Translations under genes and position numbers: made by a program
Part shown: positions 15,165-28,618 of the stretch, piece after piece
How the letters are laid out: each line of letters begins with the position of its first letter
Position numbering within the stretch: the stretch's first letter is position 1
Source: Octopus vulgaris
Taxonomy: Eukaryota
Reading direction: 5' to 3'
Length of the DNA stretch: 64,000 bases
Assembly: GCA_951406725.2 (NCBI GenBank)
Contig: OX597818.1
Location: forward strand, 78,058,001-78,122,000
Notes under the pieces: model-generated
Seen by the model: the letters and a program-made list of their open reading frames with translations, nothing else
Database searches by the model: none
Told to the model about the DNA's origin: nothing

Positions 15165-16414
15165 TATTAGGTTGCTTAACCGTTGTGTACTGGATGCTGG
15201 TCCTGCAATGCTTGGGCGTAGTTTCAGGACTCTGGAATTTGGAATTTCGACATATGTTTAATTGTTTCCATTTATGTTGTCTTGGATTTTTCTGATTTGT
15301 GGATCTTGGGTAAACCATAGAAGTTACTGGTTTTTATTTCGAAGTTGGTTAAATAATTAACTTCGTTCTCAGTCAGGTTATTACGATATTTTGAGACCAG
15401 TCTATGTACCTTGCACATGGTATTTTTTATCCTCGTGTTGGTTTAATTTCTTGTAGAAGTGATGGTCATTGGGTTGTTCCATCACCATATCTCTGTACTG
15501 GTTCTTGTCCATGATAACTATTGCTCTACCTTTGGCCTCTTCTTTGAAGATTATCGAAGAGTCTTTTTTGTAAACTTTTTAATGCTTCCGAATGATTTAC
15601 ATTCCCTCTCAGTCGTATTAGATTGAGCTGATCGTCGTAGGTGGCTAATATAGTCTTCTAAATTGTTGTCCCTATCTAAGGGAGATCTGAATCTTGTTCT
15701 GTTTCTAACCAGTGATTCGTCTGTGTGTCCAGTATTTAGAAAAAATTCTCTCAGTCGTAATTTACGGCAAAATTCTTCTGTAGCTTTTATGAGTTCAACT
15801 TGGCTGGGTTTTGGGGTGGGTGTACATTTCAGTCCATTTTCAAGAAGTTTAATTTCTTCGTTGGATAAATTTAGCATTTTCGGTTTGCCTATGTGTTTGT
15901 TTTCTAATGCCTCGGTAAGAATCGTGCTATTTTTCACTTTTTCCTGGTGGTAGATCTCCTGTCTTAAAAATAGTTTCCATTGAAGTTGGGAGTGTTTATG
16001 CGGAAATTTTGTATTTTTCTGTATGTAAATATTTTAGGTTAGTTATTCATGGGTAGCAGGTTCTTGGTTGTTGGATTGGGGGTTGACACATTATTCTATT
16101 GTTGTTCCATGTGGTTCGTTTGGGTCCATGATTTGGTCTCTGGAGAGTTCTATTTGTTCTTTGGTTCGGGTTGTATGTTCTTTTGTTAATTATTATATCC
16201 GCATATGATCACAAATTTGTGTTTGTTAGAGGACTGAGGTATCTTTGTCTATATTGTGAGAAAATTCCTTTTCTTTTGATGTTGCTTTGAGGTCTGAAGG
16301 TTTTCGTAGGTCGGTATGAAGGTTTTGTCAGATTTTTCCCATAGATGTTTTCATATTCCTGTAGCGATAGGATTTTTGATTCCAAGATCTTAGACTTCGC
16401 CTCCTCTCTGATGG

Positions 16415-17088
<674 letters not shown>

Positions 17089-17601
17089 AACCCACACTCC
17101 ACCCTCATTCCCACACTTACACACTACACACCACCACACCACATTAAACCACCTCACAACACTCTACAATACTAGCTCTGATCTCTTTCCAGCACCCACA
17201 TACGATCATCTGCACACCCACACACCATCATCCGCGCACCCATACACCATCATCCGCACACCCACACATTACAGACGCAGACAATTTCACACGCACACAT
17301 CCACACATCAAAGTCACTAGCCCCTATCCACATGCACACACTTACATACTCTCACAGACACACAAGCATTACATACTCTCACAGACACACAAGAGATATT
17401 TTATTATCTCTTCTTCCTATTGATCAACCACCTTTTTCCAACCAGTCGTCATGATTGATCGCTAAATGCACAAGTAATTTTTTTTATATCCCTGTTATTT
17501 CCTCGTTTTAATTTCTGTAAACTTCAAATACATGTATACATGTATGCACACACACACACGCTCGCGCACATGCACACACGCAACACAACACATATATATG
17601 C

Positions 17602-17633
<32 letters not shown>

Positions 17634-17760
17634 GTGTGTGTGTGTGAGTGTGTGTGTGTGCATACATGTATACATGTAGTTGAAATTTACAGAAAAACAA
17701 AACACGAAGACAGGTATATGAACAACAAGGTGTGATTTTAACGCTCGGGAAAATGAGAAA

Positions 17761-17801
17761 GTCTTTTACATTTCGAGCGTACGCTCCTCAACAGAAAAGA
17801 A
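17761..17801 (-). ncRNA. Minimal hammerhead-like motif (non-canonical core) in an inverted pLTR-like segment
   Basis: Minus strand reads ucuuuu CUGUUGA G GAGC-GUAC-GCUC GAAA U GUA aaaga. A6 is substituted. It lies next to a PLE RT fragment. Confidence 0.45.
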
Positions 17802-17858
17802 TAAGGGAAAATAAAAGAAGAGAGAATATAAACAAACTTGTGGATTTAGCAATCAATT

Positions 17859-18052
17859 ATGACGACTGATATTTATTACAAAAGCACAGATACACACCAG
17901 TACCTAAATTTCAAATCATGCCACCCAACGCTCAGAAAACGCAACATCCCCTACTGTCTAACAAGGAAAATTTGTACTATAGTCGATGATCCAAATGCCA
18001 GAAACACACGACGTATAGAACTCAAAAGATTTCTGCTCAAGCAAACTTTTCC
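17859..18052 (+). pseudogene. 5'-truncated Penelope-like RT fragment
   Basis: TDIYYKSTDTHQYLNFKSCHP..KRNIPYCLTRKICTIV, homologous to the same region of the PLE at about 12.6 kb. Confidence 0.88.
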
Positions 18053-18093
18053 TCTCCTTATGTATATCTTTATGTGCGCATGAGTTTATGTTC

Positions 18094-18144
<51 letters not shown>

Positions 18145-18707
18145 TGTGTGTGTGTGTGTGTGTATTCTTGTGTGTGTTATAATTTTTAGCATCAGTGTGG
18201 CCTTCCCTTCAGCCCAATCATCTCACCCCACTGTGCTGCTGTTGTCTTAAGATCCGAAACAAACAAACAAAAATGGTACAATTCCTGTATTCCTCTGTGT
18301 GTGTGTGTTCGCCCACGGTGTTGCCATCGTGGCAGTTGTTGTTATTGCCATCGTTGGCACCACCGTTGCTGCTGATGTTGTTAGTTGTGTTGTTGACATT
18401 GTTATGACCGTCCATGAAATTTCATGTGTGTGTGTTTATGGGTTCGCTTCGTATGTAGTATGTATCTACACAAGCACACGCACACACATGCACACATACA
18501 TACACACACGAAAGATTTCCGAATAATGGACATAAATTAAAATAATAAAATAAGAACAGTAATTAACAAGTGAAGACAAAATATATAGTGCGTGTGTTTA
18601 TTTGGCAAAAAGAAAAAAAAAATGACCATCCCGAAATAGAACAATATCTGTTTCAAAGCACGATTTCATATCAGGAATCTTGCAAAACGAATTGATAAAC
18701 ATATATA

Positions 18708-18753
<46 letters not shown>

Positions 18754-18828
18754 AAGGAGTATAACTCCAAACTTACAGGGAAAAATTCAATTTAGTATTA
18801 AATCAAATTTCACAATATAAATATATGA

Positions 18829-19080
18829 TATATATAAATTAGAGAAAAACTATTATTATGCAATTCAAACAACGATAGACATAAACCAAATCATAAATAA
18901 TATATATTTTAAAACATATAACTAGATCACTTATTATATTTTATATATTTATTATATATTGTTTATTCATTATTGTACTTTTTGTGATCCAGTTATATGT
19001 TTTAAAATATATTCATTTTTTATTTATGATTTGGTTTATGTATATCATTGTTTGAATTGCATAATAGTGGTTTTTCTATA

Positions 19081-19090
<10 letters not shown>
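18829..19090. repeat. Inverted repeat (about 100-bp arms) between TA tracts
   Basis: 18829-18930 against 18984-19090, e.g. tatgcaattcaaacaa/ttgtttgaattgcata. Confidence 0.85.
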
Positions 19091-19127
<37 letters not shown>

Positions 19128-19193
19128 GGTCCCGGGTTGATTCGGGGTTAACCACAGTAAGTAAGGTACTCAATACATAGCAGAGTAAAATTA

Positions 19194-19318
19194 ATTTATT
19201 ATATAGAAGGAGCTTCTACAGGACTAGTACTGTTTCATTCAAGAGAAATCTTGAAATCTTGAAGATTTCTCTTGAATGAAACAGTACTAGTCCTGTAGAA
19301 GCTCCTTCTATATAATAA

Positions 19319-19320
<2 letters not shown>
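19194..19320. repeat. Perfect 59-bp-arm palindrome containing a truncated hammerhead motif
   Basis: 19194-19252 is the exact reverse complement of 19262-19320, with a 9-nt spacer. The right arm reads UUGAAGA U UUC-UCUU-GAA U GAAA CAGUACUA GUC cuguag. Confidence 0.9.
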
Positions 19321-19350
<30 letters not shown>

Positions 19351-19460
19351 GTGTGTATGTGTGTTTGTGTATATAAATATATGTATATATATGTGTAAGT
19401 ATGTATGTATGCATATATATATATCCATGCACACACACACACACACACAGAGGTTACTTA

Positions 19461-20301
19461 TATAGGTTGTCTCAGAATTAACTATTTCAATAAAATCGGG
19501 CGAATTTTCAAAAAAAAACTCACAGAATTTTATGCTTATTTCTTAAATATGACACCAAAACAAATAGATTTGTAAATCTTACGTCAAAACTTGATCGAAA
19601 ATTTTCAACGTGTATAGCATTTCAGGAGTTATTTCCTGCACTGCTGACTTTATGCGTTCTTTAAGTTAAAAACTATTGCTAAACTATTGTTCCATCTTAG
19701 GGTCGGAGATCTAGTAAATGATTTCAGCCAAATAAAAAAAAAAAATACTGCGCAGAAACCAACAGGAATGGAAATTAAATTATATATAAAAAATAAAAAT
19801 TATAGACAACATAAAAAAATCTATACACTTATAATACACTAGCAGTATCGCCCGGCGTTGCTCGGGTTTGTAAGGGAAATAACTATAAAGCATTTTTAGA
19901 GAGTTATAGCCAAAAAATGGAAAAAAAAATGATGGTAAATTTTTTTTAGTTAAAAAGGTCGAGTTGCGTCCCCTAGATCGTCTGTGGTTTGTGTTTCTGA
20001 TTCTGGACCCCATGTCGAATTTATCGATTTATTTCAGAACTGGGGGAACTTTTCAAAATTTTCGCTGCGTTAGTTTTGAATTATGACATTGGGCTATGTG
20101 TGTGTCAAGTTTCATCAGAATCGGTTGAAAGCCGTGGTCAGGGTGAGGGTACAACCTAACAGACACACAGAAACACACACAGACAAACTGCCGTTTATAT
20201 ATAGGGAGATATGAAACATGATGCACATAAAGAAAAGTGAGTTTAAAAAAAAAATTGTCTGATTTCACTGAAATAGATAGTTAATTCTGGAGCTCCCTGT
20301 A
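19461..20301. mobile_element. Degenerate MITE / Tc1-mariner-type non-autonomous element hosting a Helitron insertion
   Basis: Imperfect TIRs taggttgtctcagaattaactatt / agatagttaattctggagctccctgta. Confidence 0.5.
19839..20209 (-). mobile_element. Non-autonomous Helitron (about 370 bp)
   Basis: 5'-TC end, 3'-CTAG end, subterminal hairpin cccgagcaacgccggg, A|T target. Near-identical inverted copy at 24575. Confidence 0.85.
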
Positions 20302-20722
20302 TATAGGAAAGTGAGGCGGCATCTTGAATAACAACGTCAAAATTCTTTGTTTGGGTGTCAAAATATAAAAAAAAAAAAAAACTCATTTAGTTGTTCTTCA
20401 TTGTTATTTATAATAATTATAATGATGGGCTCTCCCATCGAAGACGACGACTGAGCATTCAGCTTTTGCTGAACCTCCTGTACAAATGATTTGTTTATAG
20501 CGTTCTAATGTATGTGCCGTACACTAGTTCACTCCTTCCGTCAAATCGACGTTGCCTGAACAGGTGTACAGTGTACTTCGCGTTAGGTGTCGAAGTGATC
20601 GTAGAGCAATATGAGATGAAGTGTTTTGCTCAAGAACACAACGCACAACTCGGTCTAAGAATTGAAATCACGATCGCTAGCTCGGGAGTTCAACACCTCT
20701 AACCACTGGGCTATGCGCCCTC

Positions 20723-20760
<38 letters not shown>

Positions 20761-20948
20761 CCTTGAATTTTGTGGGAGGGGACTAGTCGATTACAGCGAA
20801 TCCAGTGTTTCTCTGGTACTCTATTTAAATTTTATTTTAAATTTGCCATAAAGGCAGTACATAGAGTAAAATAGCTTTGTGGGCTGGACACGGATATAAA
20901 TAAGATGAATGATAATGATACAAGGATGATAAGGATGGGAGAAGACAT

Positions 20949-21101
20949 TAAGTACCAGTGTTTCTCTGGCACTTAATGTATCGACCCCAAAAGGATGAAA
21001 GGCAAAGTTGACCTCGGCGGAATTTGAACGTAGTGATGGGTGAAATACCGCTAAGCATTTCGTCCAAAGTGCTAACGATTCTGCCAACTCGCCGCCTTAC
21101 G

Positions 21102-21167
<66 letters not shown>

Positions 21168-21530
21168 GTAGTAGTAGTAGTTTTTATCGACCCCGAAAGG
21201 ATGAAAGACAAAGTCGACCTCAGCGGAATTTGAACTCAGATTGTGAAGATGGGTGAAATGCCGTCAAGCATTTTGTCGGGTGTGCTAACGATTCTCCCAG
21301 TTCACCGCCTTGCAATAGTGATAATATTTTTATCGACCCCGAAAGGATGAAAGGCAAAGTCGACGGCAAAGAACGTAATAAGGATTTCAGATTTTGGCAC
21401 GTAACCAGCAGTTTTTTTAGGAGGTGTAATTCGATTACATCGACCTCAATTCTCAACTGATACATACTTCATCGATTCCGAAAGGCGAAGTCGGCCTCGG
21501 CGGTATTTGAACTCGTAACGTAAGGAGCTG
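20949..21530 (-). mobile_element. Cluster of family B SINE copies separated by (TAA)n
   Basis: Repeated atcgaccccgaaaggatgaaaggcaaagtcgacctcggcggaatttgaac. Confidence 0.8.
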
Positions 21531-21928
21531 GGGAGAAATATCGATATTTGTGTGTAACGTGATTATTGTTGTATAAAACGTGGAAATGTATAAAAGTCAC
21601 TCTTAATTATGGTAATGAAATTCCGGAAAGAATATCTCTTGGCCTGTAATACTCACATTTAGCATTACGGTGTATGTTAAAAGGATTGATTTGTCGGATT
21701 TATTATAATTGCTGTATAAAATACATTCAAAAAGTTCACGGGTCCTAATCAAAAAGAAAATTGGAATTAATGCACCTGCCGTAAAGTCAACAGTGTGGAA
21801 ATCATTCGATTTCATTTTTTCACGAGAAATGTGTGTACATGGCTTTGTGCGTATATATGAATACACACACACACATATGAATTGTGTATATATACGCATA
21901 TATGCATTTATATATTTCAATATACACA

Positions 21929-21966
<38 letters not shown>

Positions 21967-21982
21967 CACACACACACACAGA

Positions 21983-22034
<52 letters not shown>

Positions 22035-22084
22035 TATGTAGATATGTGTATGTATGCATATATAAATATATGTGTATAGATGTG

Positions 22085-22125
<41 letters not shown>

Positions 22126-22229
22126 CATATACGTATATGGGTGTGTAGGCGTCTATATAAATATTTACATTTACGCACGTATATGTATAGATATACATAT
22201 GTATATGCATGTGTATATGTATTTGCATA

Positions 22230-22264
<35 letters not shown>

Positions 22265-23027
22265 GCGCGTGTATAGACTTGCATATATGTGTGTGTATGT
22301 ATATCTGTATCTTTATTCACTTTTATTGACACAAGTGTTTCAGTGTCGAGGGTTTCGTGCAGTGTGCTTATCAAACTAAGTCATTAAATTTTAAATTCAC
22401 TTTTTATAGTGATGAATTACTATTTCATCCGGAAACATCGATCAAAACTTATTGGAATGCTACGTGATATTCAATAAATTTCAAAATTTGCGAGTTAAAT
22501 TAAAGGGAGAGAAACCGAAAATGAATAAAATTTAGTGCAACCAGACCGTATAAGCACACACCTAAGAATATATGCGGTTGCGCAAGATAAAAACACAAAT
22601 AAATACTTATACATGTAAAATATGAAGGGAGACATGACTATATTTTCAGATTAGATCGCATGCATAATCATGTATGTACGTATACATATTGGATAAATAC
22701 AAATTCTTACATATGCGCATCTTCATACATAAACATATACATGTATTTATTCCTTTGCAAACATATTCTCCTATATACGTGTTTTACACACAATTATATT
22801 TTCAGATACATATAAAGAAACTGTATACTGTATGTGAAGGGGCAGATTTAGAGGGGTGGAATTTAAGGTGTTCATTAACTGTCCAAAAATAAAATTTGAT
22901 TAAATAAAAAGCAAAGTTGCAGCGTTCCAAGGAAACTATTGCACATATATACAGTCGAGGTATGTAAATGTGGTAACGCAAACCCATTTAATTGCTCATA
23001 TATATAATCTGTGTGTTGTATGTGTGC

Positions 23028-23098
<71 letters not shown>

Positions 23099-23270
23099 TG
23101 TGTGTATAAACACTCTCACTTCGACGAATAAGTATTCAGAGAAATAACTATAGATACAAGTACATATCTCCAAATGCATATCTATAAGTACGCATATACA
23201 AATGTAAGCACGTTTACATACTCTAATCGATCGTTCAATCAATCAATCTCGCCCCCTCTCTCTCTCTCTT

Positions 23271-23353
<83 letters not shown>

Positions 23354-23979
23354 GCCTCCCTCCCCTCGTTGGTTTATGCTAGATGATTGAGAGAAGATTG
23401 CTTCAAATATGTTGTTGAGAACAGGCTTTTTAAAATTGAAATTTACTGTCTCATGTCACAGCGATCTTCAAGCGAGAATTGTTACTTGTTATTGGCGTTG
23501 TATGTTCATCCATTGGTGTGTGTATACGTATATCTGTGTATCTGCGTATGTATGTGTGTGGGTATGTGTGCCTGTGGACTTACCATTGCCGAATGGTTAA
23601 GGAATTCGTTTCGTACTCATGAAGTCTCTCTTTCAAACCCACAAGTTTGCATCTTAGGGAAGTATATCATTCAGAATAGTCTGTTGTCGATCTGAGTCTT
23701 GCAAGTGAAATTAGGTAGATGAAAACTGTGGAAACCCGTTGAATGGACTGTACCACTAATTTACAGGTTCATCTTTGTCACGCTAAATCAGTAGATTGAA
23801 TACCTGAATACTCATCAACAACCGACGGAGATCCATTATTATTTCCTTTTCGTCCTTTCGAGGATCAATAAAATATGTAGCAGTTCAACACTGGGGTCGA
23901 TATAATCGACTAGCTCTCTTGCCCCCAAAATATCAGGCTTTGTGCTTATAGTATTATTATTATTATTATTATTATTATT

Positions 23980-24530
23980 GAGTGAGAGAGCAGTGCATGC
24001 CATCAAAGTGACACTGAGGTAAAATATACGAAGCCCAGTATACCCATCAGGACTACCCGTCTGATAAGGGTACACCAGGCACATGCATCACAATCATATG
24101 TGTGCGACATGGTGATCTCATATCAAGATAAACAGCAATGACCTTGCAGATGGGGCCCAGTTCAAATTTTCTTCTGGTCGAGTAACCCATCCCACTCTAA
24201 AGGTCTCTGAATAAGGGTTGTTTAAGGATGCTGAACGAAACACCCATGTTTCCAGAGGGGAATTATTCAAACTCCAAAGAATCCCTCTCAACACATGGGT
24301 ATGTTGCTCCCCCACTACTTCTGCTTGTGGTCAGTGATGCACATATCGTCAGCCACTAAGGGACATGCTCAACTGGTTAAGGTCAAACAACTGACAAGCA
24401 AATCTGTGGCATTGAGCAGAATATTTGCTGTAGCCCATCTTTTATACCAAGAAAAAACAATGTACATGATAACACTTCCAATCAGTTAAGATAGGAGCCA
24501 CGAGAGCCACTGCCTGGTACTGCATCAGGG

Positions 24531-24532
<2 letters not shown>
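23980..24532. mobile_element. Interspersed repeat inserted in (TTA)n, possibly a LINE UTR or non-autonomous retroelement
   Basis: (TTA)n on both sides. A partial second copy lies at about 62815-62942. Confidence 0.55.
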
Positions 24533-24574
<42 letters not shown>

Positions 24575-24575
<1 letters not shown>

Positions 24576-24953
24576 CTCTCTATATATAAACGGCAGTTTG
24601 TCTGTGTGTGTTTCTGTGTCTCTGTTAGGTTGTACCCTCACCCTGACCACGGCTTTCAACCGATTCTGATGAAACTTGACACACACATAGCCCAATGTCA
24701 TAATTCAAAACTAACGCAGCGAAAATTTTGAAAAGTTCCCCCAGTTCTGAAAAAAATCGATAAATTCGACATGGGGTCGAGAATCAGAAACACAAACTGT
24801 CTAGGGGACGCAACTCGACCTTTTTTAACTCTCAAAAAAAAATTTACCATCATTTTTTTTCCATTTTTTTGCTATTTTTTGGCTATAACTCTCTAAAAAC
24901 GCTTTATAGTTATTTCCCTTACAAACCTGAGCAACGCCGGGCGATACTGCTAG
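24575..24953 (+). mobile_element. Non-autonomous Helitron (379 bp)
   Basis: a|TCtctctatatataaacggc ... cctgagcaacgccgggcgatactgCTAG|t, with no TSD. Confidence 0.87.
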
Positions 24954-25717
24954 TTATTAATATTATTCACACGAATGTTTTACATTCGGAATCTATCTCC
25001 TTGATATCGAGGACCTTTCTTACAATCCCTTGTTGATACCAACGGAGAGTTAATGCAATTATCGTGGTTACACCAATCTCAATAAAGTAGTTGTTATGTC
25101 TGTTGGTGATGGTACCTAGGACATATTATTATTATTATTATTATTAATTATTATTATTATTATTTTTAAAATTCGGAATCTGTATTCCTGTTTGTGCGTA
25201 TGGAGAATTTGCAAAAACAATCCATTGTAGTGTTAAAATGTTTGGACAAATATACTTAAACATTCGAACCTTTTGTTTTAAATAACTTGCAGTATATTTC
25301 TAAGCTTCGAATCACTGAACAGTTGAGTATGTTGTTAAATTTATGAAAACGGTAAAGAAATTTCTTGCCATTCATGAAAGTGGGGACTGACAGTTCTCGA
25401 AAAGAGAGTGAAAAGGCCAGTGGAATGGCACAATAAGAAATTTTTAGAGTAGTGTAAACAAAACAAATCGAGGCGATATCGATAGTGAATGCAAAAAGAA
25501 ACGAAAAGCAGATTTAAAGAAAAAGACGTGATCAAAGGAAAGAGAGGAAAGAGCAGTATATAAAACATGAAAACTTGTTACTGATAATGAGAGAAGGAAA
25601 GGTTTGTCGCATTCATCTGAGTCACGCTGTTTTACTGTATGCACATGTGTGTTGCTTGTTTTCTGCTGTCATATTTTTATTTACATTCAGAATTTTGAGA
25701 AAACGTGAGAGAACTGA

Positions 25718-26920
25718 CGAGGTTGGACAGAAAGTCTTGTTGCATTTCAACATAGAAAAAAAGCAAATGCATTTTTTGAGTCTTAATTGATATATTTAAT
25801 CAAAATAATATTTCCTCTCATTCTTGGTAAATATAACCCCATCTATTTGGCAAATTCTTGATACCCCGAACGTTAAATTCTGTAGGTTTCGAAGAAAAGC
25901 ACAGACCCCACCACCGCAATATCATTTTAATCTCTTCACAATAATAATAAAAAAAACCTTGTTTTTCTCTAAATAATGTTGCAATCATCTTGTCAGGTGA
26001 AGCAAGGTCAAGAGAGTTAGGAAGATGACAAAAAAAAAAATTTCCATATTAGTGCCATAATCTTTTCCTTGCATTATCGCATAAGAGCAACATTCCTTTA
26101 CGCTTGACCAATAATGGGAGCTTTTCCTGAAACTTTTTGGTTTAACACTTCATGAGAGGCGATACAATTCATACATATCCCCAACAACCAGATCATAGCT
26201 TTTTCGGGTGTAGTCCTGGTTTGGGGGTGGATTCTCTTTTATCAGTGAATGCTAACGAGTGTCGTTTACGTTGGATACGATTGTAGAGAACTCACTTTTC
26301 ACCACTTTTCTACCCAGGAAAGGTTAGGTTGCAAACATACTCTTTAATGACGACCAGAGGGTAATTCTTTGGTTGTGCTGAGTAGCAGTCAGATAACGAG
26401 AGATCAATGACCAAGTTTTCACACTGTTCCTAGTTCATGGAGGTGTTTCATGATCGAACTGCGACTTGAAATGAACTGGTTTTGCTAATTCTTGTGTAAT
26501 TGGCTTAGGGCTTTCTTCAACTACGGTTTTCAGAACTTGGTCGTCTGGATTGAGGGAAATACGCGAGGGAAAAATTTCCCAAGCGAAACTAGCCAAACCA
26601 TCATTGGCATGCCCGGACACTTAAAACATCATTTCTATACACAGAACAAATATTTCTTACCGCATCCTTTGCTGAAGAGAACCATTCGAATTTATACTGT
26701 ATGCAGTGTCTGATATGGGTCTGATCGTTACTTATTTCAAAAGAGAAAATCGATACGATGGTATAAAGTAATCTGCAAAAAAATAAGAAAACACTAAAAT
26801 TAATGCTTTCTGTTTCTTATTAATAAAAAAATTAAGGCTTATTTTATCGTAGTTATTGAAAATGTACCCCAAAGTGATCGTGTCGAAAATGCGAAAGGAC
26901 CCATTTCTCAACCTAATATA
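25718..26920 (-). mobile_element. Old mariner remnant
   Basis: Minus strand DDQVLKTVVEESPKPITQELA, LLLCDNAR, HLPNSLDLASPD. TIR-like ends tatattaggttgagaaa (minus strand, at 26920) and aggttggacagaaa (plus strand, at 25720). Confidence 0.8.
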
Positions 26921-26924
26921 TATC

Positions 26925-27275
26925 TTTTCTTTTACTTGTTTCAGTCATTGGACTGCGGCCATGCTGGGGTACCGCCTTGAAGAATTTTGATCGCACGAAT
27001 CGGCCCAGTACTTATTGTTTTTAAGCTTTGTACTTATTTTATCGGTCTCTTGCCGAACCGCTATGTTACGGGGGCGTAAACACACCAACACTTGTTGTCA
27101 AACGGTGGTTGGGATAAACACAAAAGCCCACACGCATACTCACCCCATGACGAGCTTTTTTCAGTTTCTGCCTACCAAAACCACTCACAGGGCTTTGATC
27201 TACTTGAGGCCTCAGTGGAAGGCACTTAACCAAGGTATCACGCAGTGGAACTGAACTCGGAAAACATGGCTGGTT
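26925..27275 (-). mobile_element. SINE family A, head interrupted by a duplicated segment
   Basis: Similar to 5030-5427. Confidence 0.75.
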
Positions 27276-27289
27276 GTGATCATTGCAAA

Positions 27290-27739
27290 AGGATTCATAC
27301 TCATTGCAAAAGATGTCGATTGTTGTATGATGGTCAGTAATGCAATGGGAGTTATTTGTAAGGAGAGCAGTATTACTTTCTGTCTTGTAGATCATTGTCT
27401 TCAGCATCAGTTTCAAAGTTGAAGAACTTTCCTAAATATTTTTGATGCAACTCAGAGTAGGAACTGAATTCGCTATAAACTCCTCTGGTAATGTTTATGT
27501 AAAGTTGACAATTAGGATCGTTATAAGCAGTGTTGAGTTAGTGGAGCTTCTGTATTCTCTATTTCATCTGCAGTTCACCCTTGTTCTATTAGCATTTACT
27601 TCTCATCTGACAAAGTTTCCCTATAGGATGATAGCAGCTTGACCGTAGCATATTTTACAACTTATTTAAATTCTTAATGATTTATACGTGCCATAATATC
27701 TTTCTGGATTTGATGTCAACTTTTTAGTGATGAAAAACT
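27290..27739 (-). repeat. About 450-bp duplicate of 36767-37216 (C-terminal Tigger remnant)
   Basis: Near-identical sequence. The ORF track gives almost the same peptides at both sites. Confidence 0.92.
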
Positions 27740-27747
27740 AAAGCTTT

Positions 27748-27866
27748 TGCTTACAGCATCTAGGTTTCCTAAGCAGTCAGCCATTTAAGTACTGACTAGA
27801 CTCGACGTTGCTTAAATTCGGTGGTCAGACGAGAACCGATATCGTGAACGTGATATGGCCATGTAT
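27748..27866 (-). pseudogene. 5S rRNA pseudogene
   Basis: Minus strand ggccatatcacgtt..cggttctcgtctgaccaccgaatttaagcaacgtcgagtctagtcagtacttaaatggctgactgcttaggaaacctagatgctgtaagc follows the metazoan 5S pattern over about 119 nt. The C box is mutated and no T-run terminator follows. Confidence 0.9.
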
Positions 27867-28378
27867 ATAAAATGTGTGTGTGTGATATGGCTAATCCCTT
27901 AATTGCAAGCGAGTAGCTTGTACAACCCTTTCGCTAAATGCTTTAGGTTCCTATGTTGTTAAAAGGGTTACAAATACGCTCTCAGCTCTTCACCCCCTTG
28001 ATCCAGCGAAACAGCGCGAGTGTCACAGCTGGAAGGAGAGAGAAGAAAGCTGCACCAGCACTTCGCTTGTATCCATTTCCATTTACTTAGAATGGAGTTA
28101 TGTGAAATGTTGTGCCTTTCTGAAAGACACAATGCTCGCCTGATTCGGCAACGCTCCTTCTATATAAGATATACATATATATGTAACGGCAAGTAAGAAA
28201 TTTCTATATAAGAAATTGATAACAGGATTTATTCTTTGTAAGCATAGTACTCATTCTATCGGTGTGTTTTGCAAATGGCTAAGTTATGGGGACGTAAACA
28301 CAGCAACATCGGTAGTCAAGTGATGGTGGAGGTACAAATACAGACACAGAAACACAAACATACGCACACACATATACG

Positions 28379-28423
<45 letters not shown>

Positions 28424-28559
28424 GGATATATAAATATGCATAATTATATATCTATATATACATACATGGATATATAAATATGCATAATTATATATCTATA
28501 TATATATATATATATATATATACATGGATATATAAATATGCATAATTATATATCTATAT

Positions 28560-28618
<59 letters not shown>

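Larger units (their letters stand above)
11810..16412 (-). mobile_element. Degenerate near full-length Penelope-like retroelement (RT + GIY-YIG) with two nested insertions
   Basis: Motifs in order on the minus strand: LLENGLKCTPTP; ILVSFDAISLCTNIPH; GTKVASTYVTLVMGFL; WKRYLDDCFIFW; LFYKPTDT; NFHSSH..HTKRNIP; Cys-rich PRCGTC; YIGET..YERVRVHE (GIY-YIG). Many stops and frameshifts. Confidence 0.92.

Noticed and set aside
28420-28565. Three copies of tacatggatatataaatatgcataattatatatc
   Set aside because: Ordinary slippage duplication within a TA tract.
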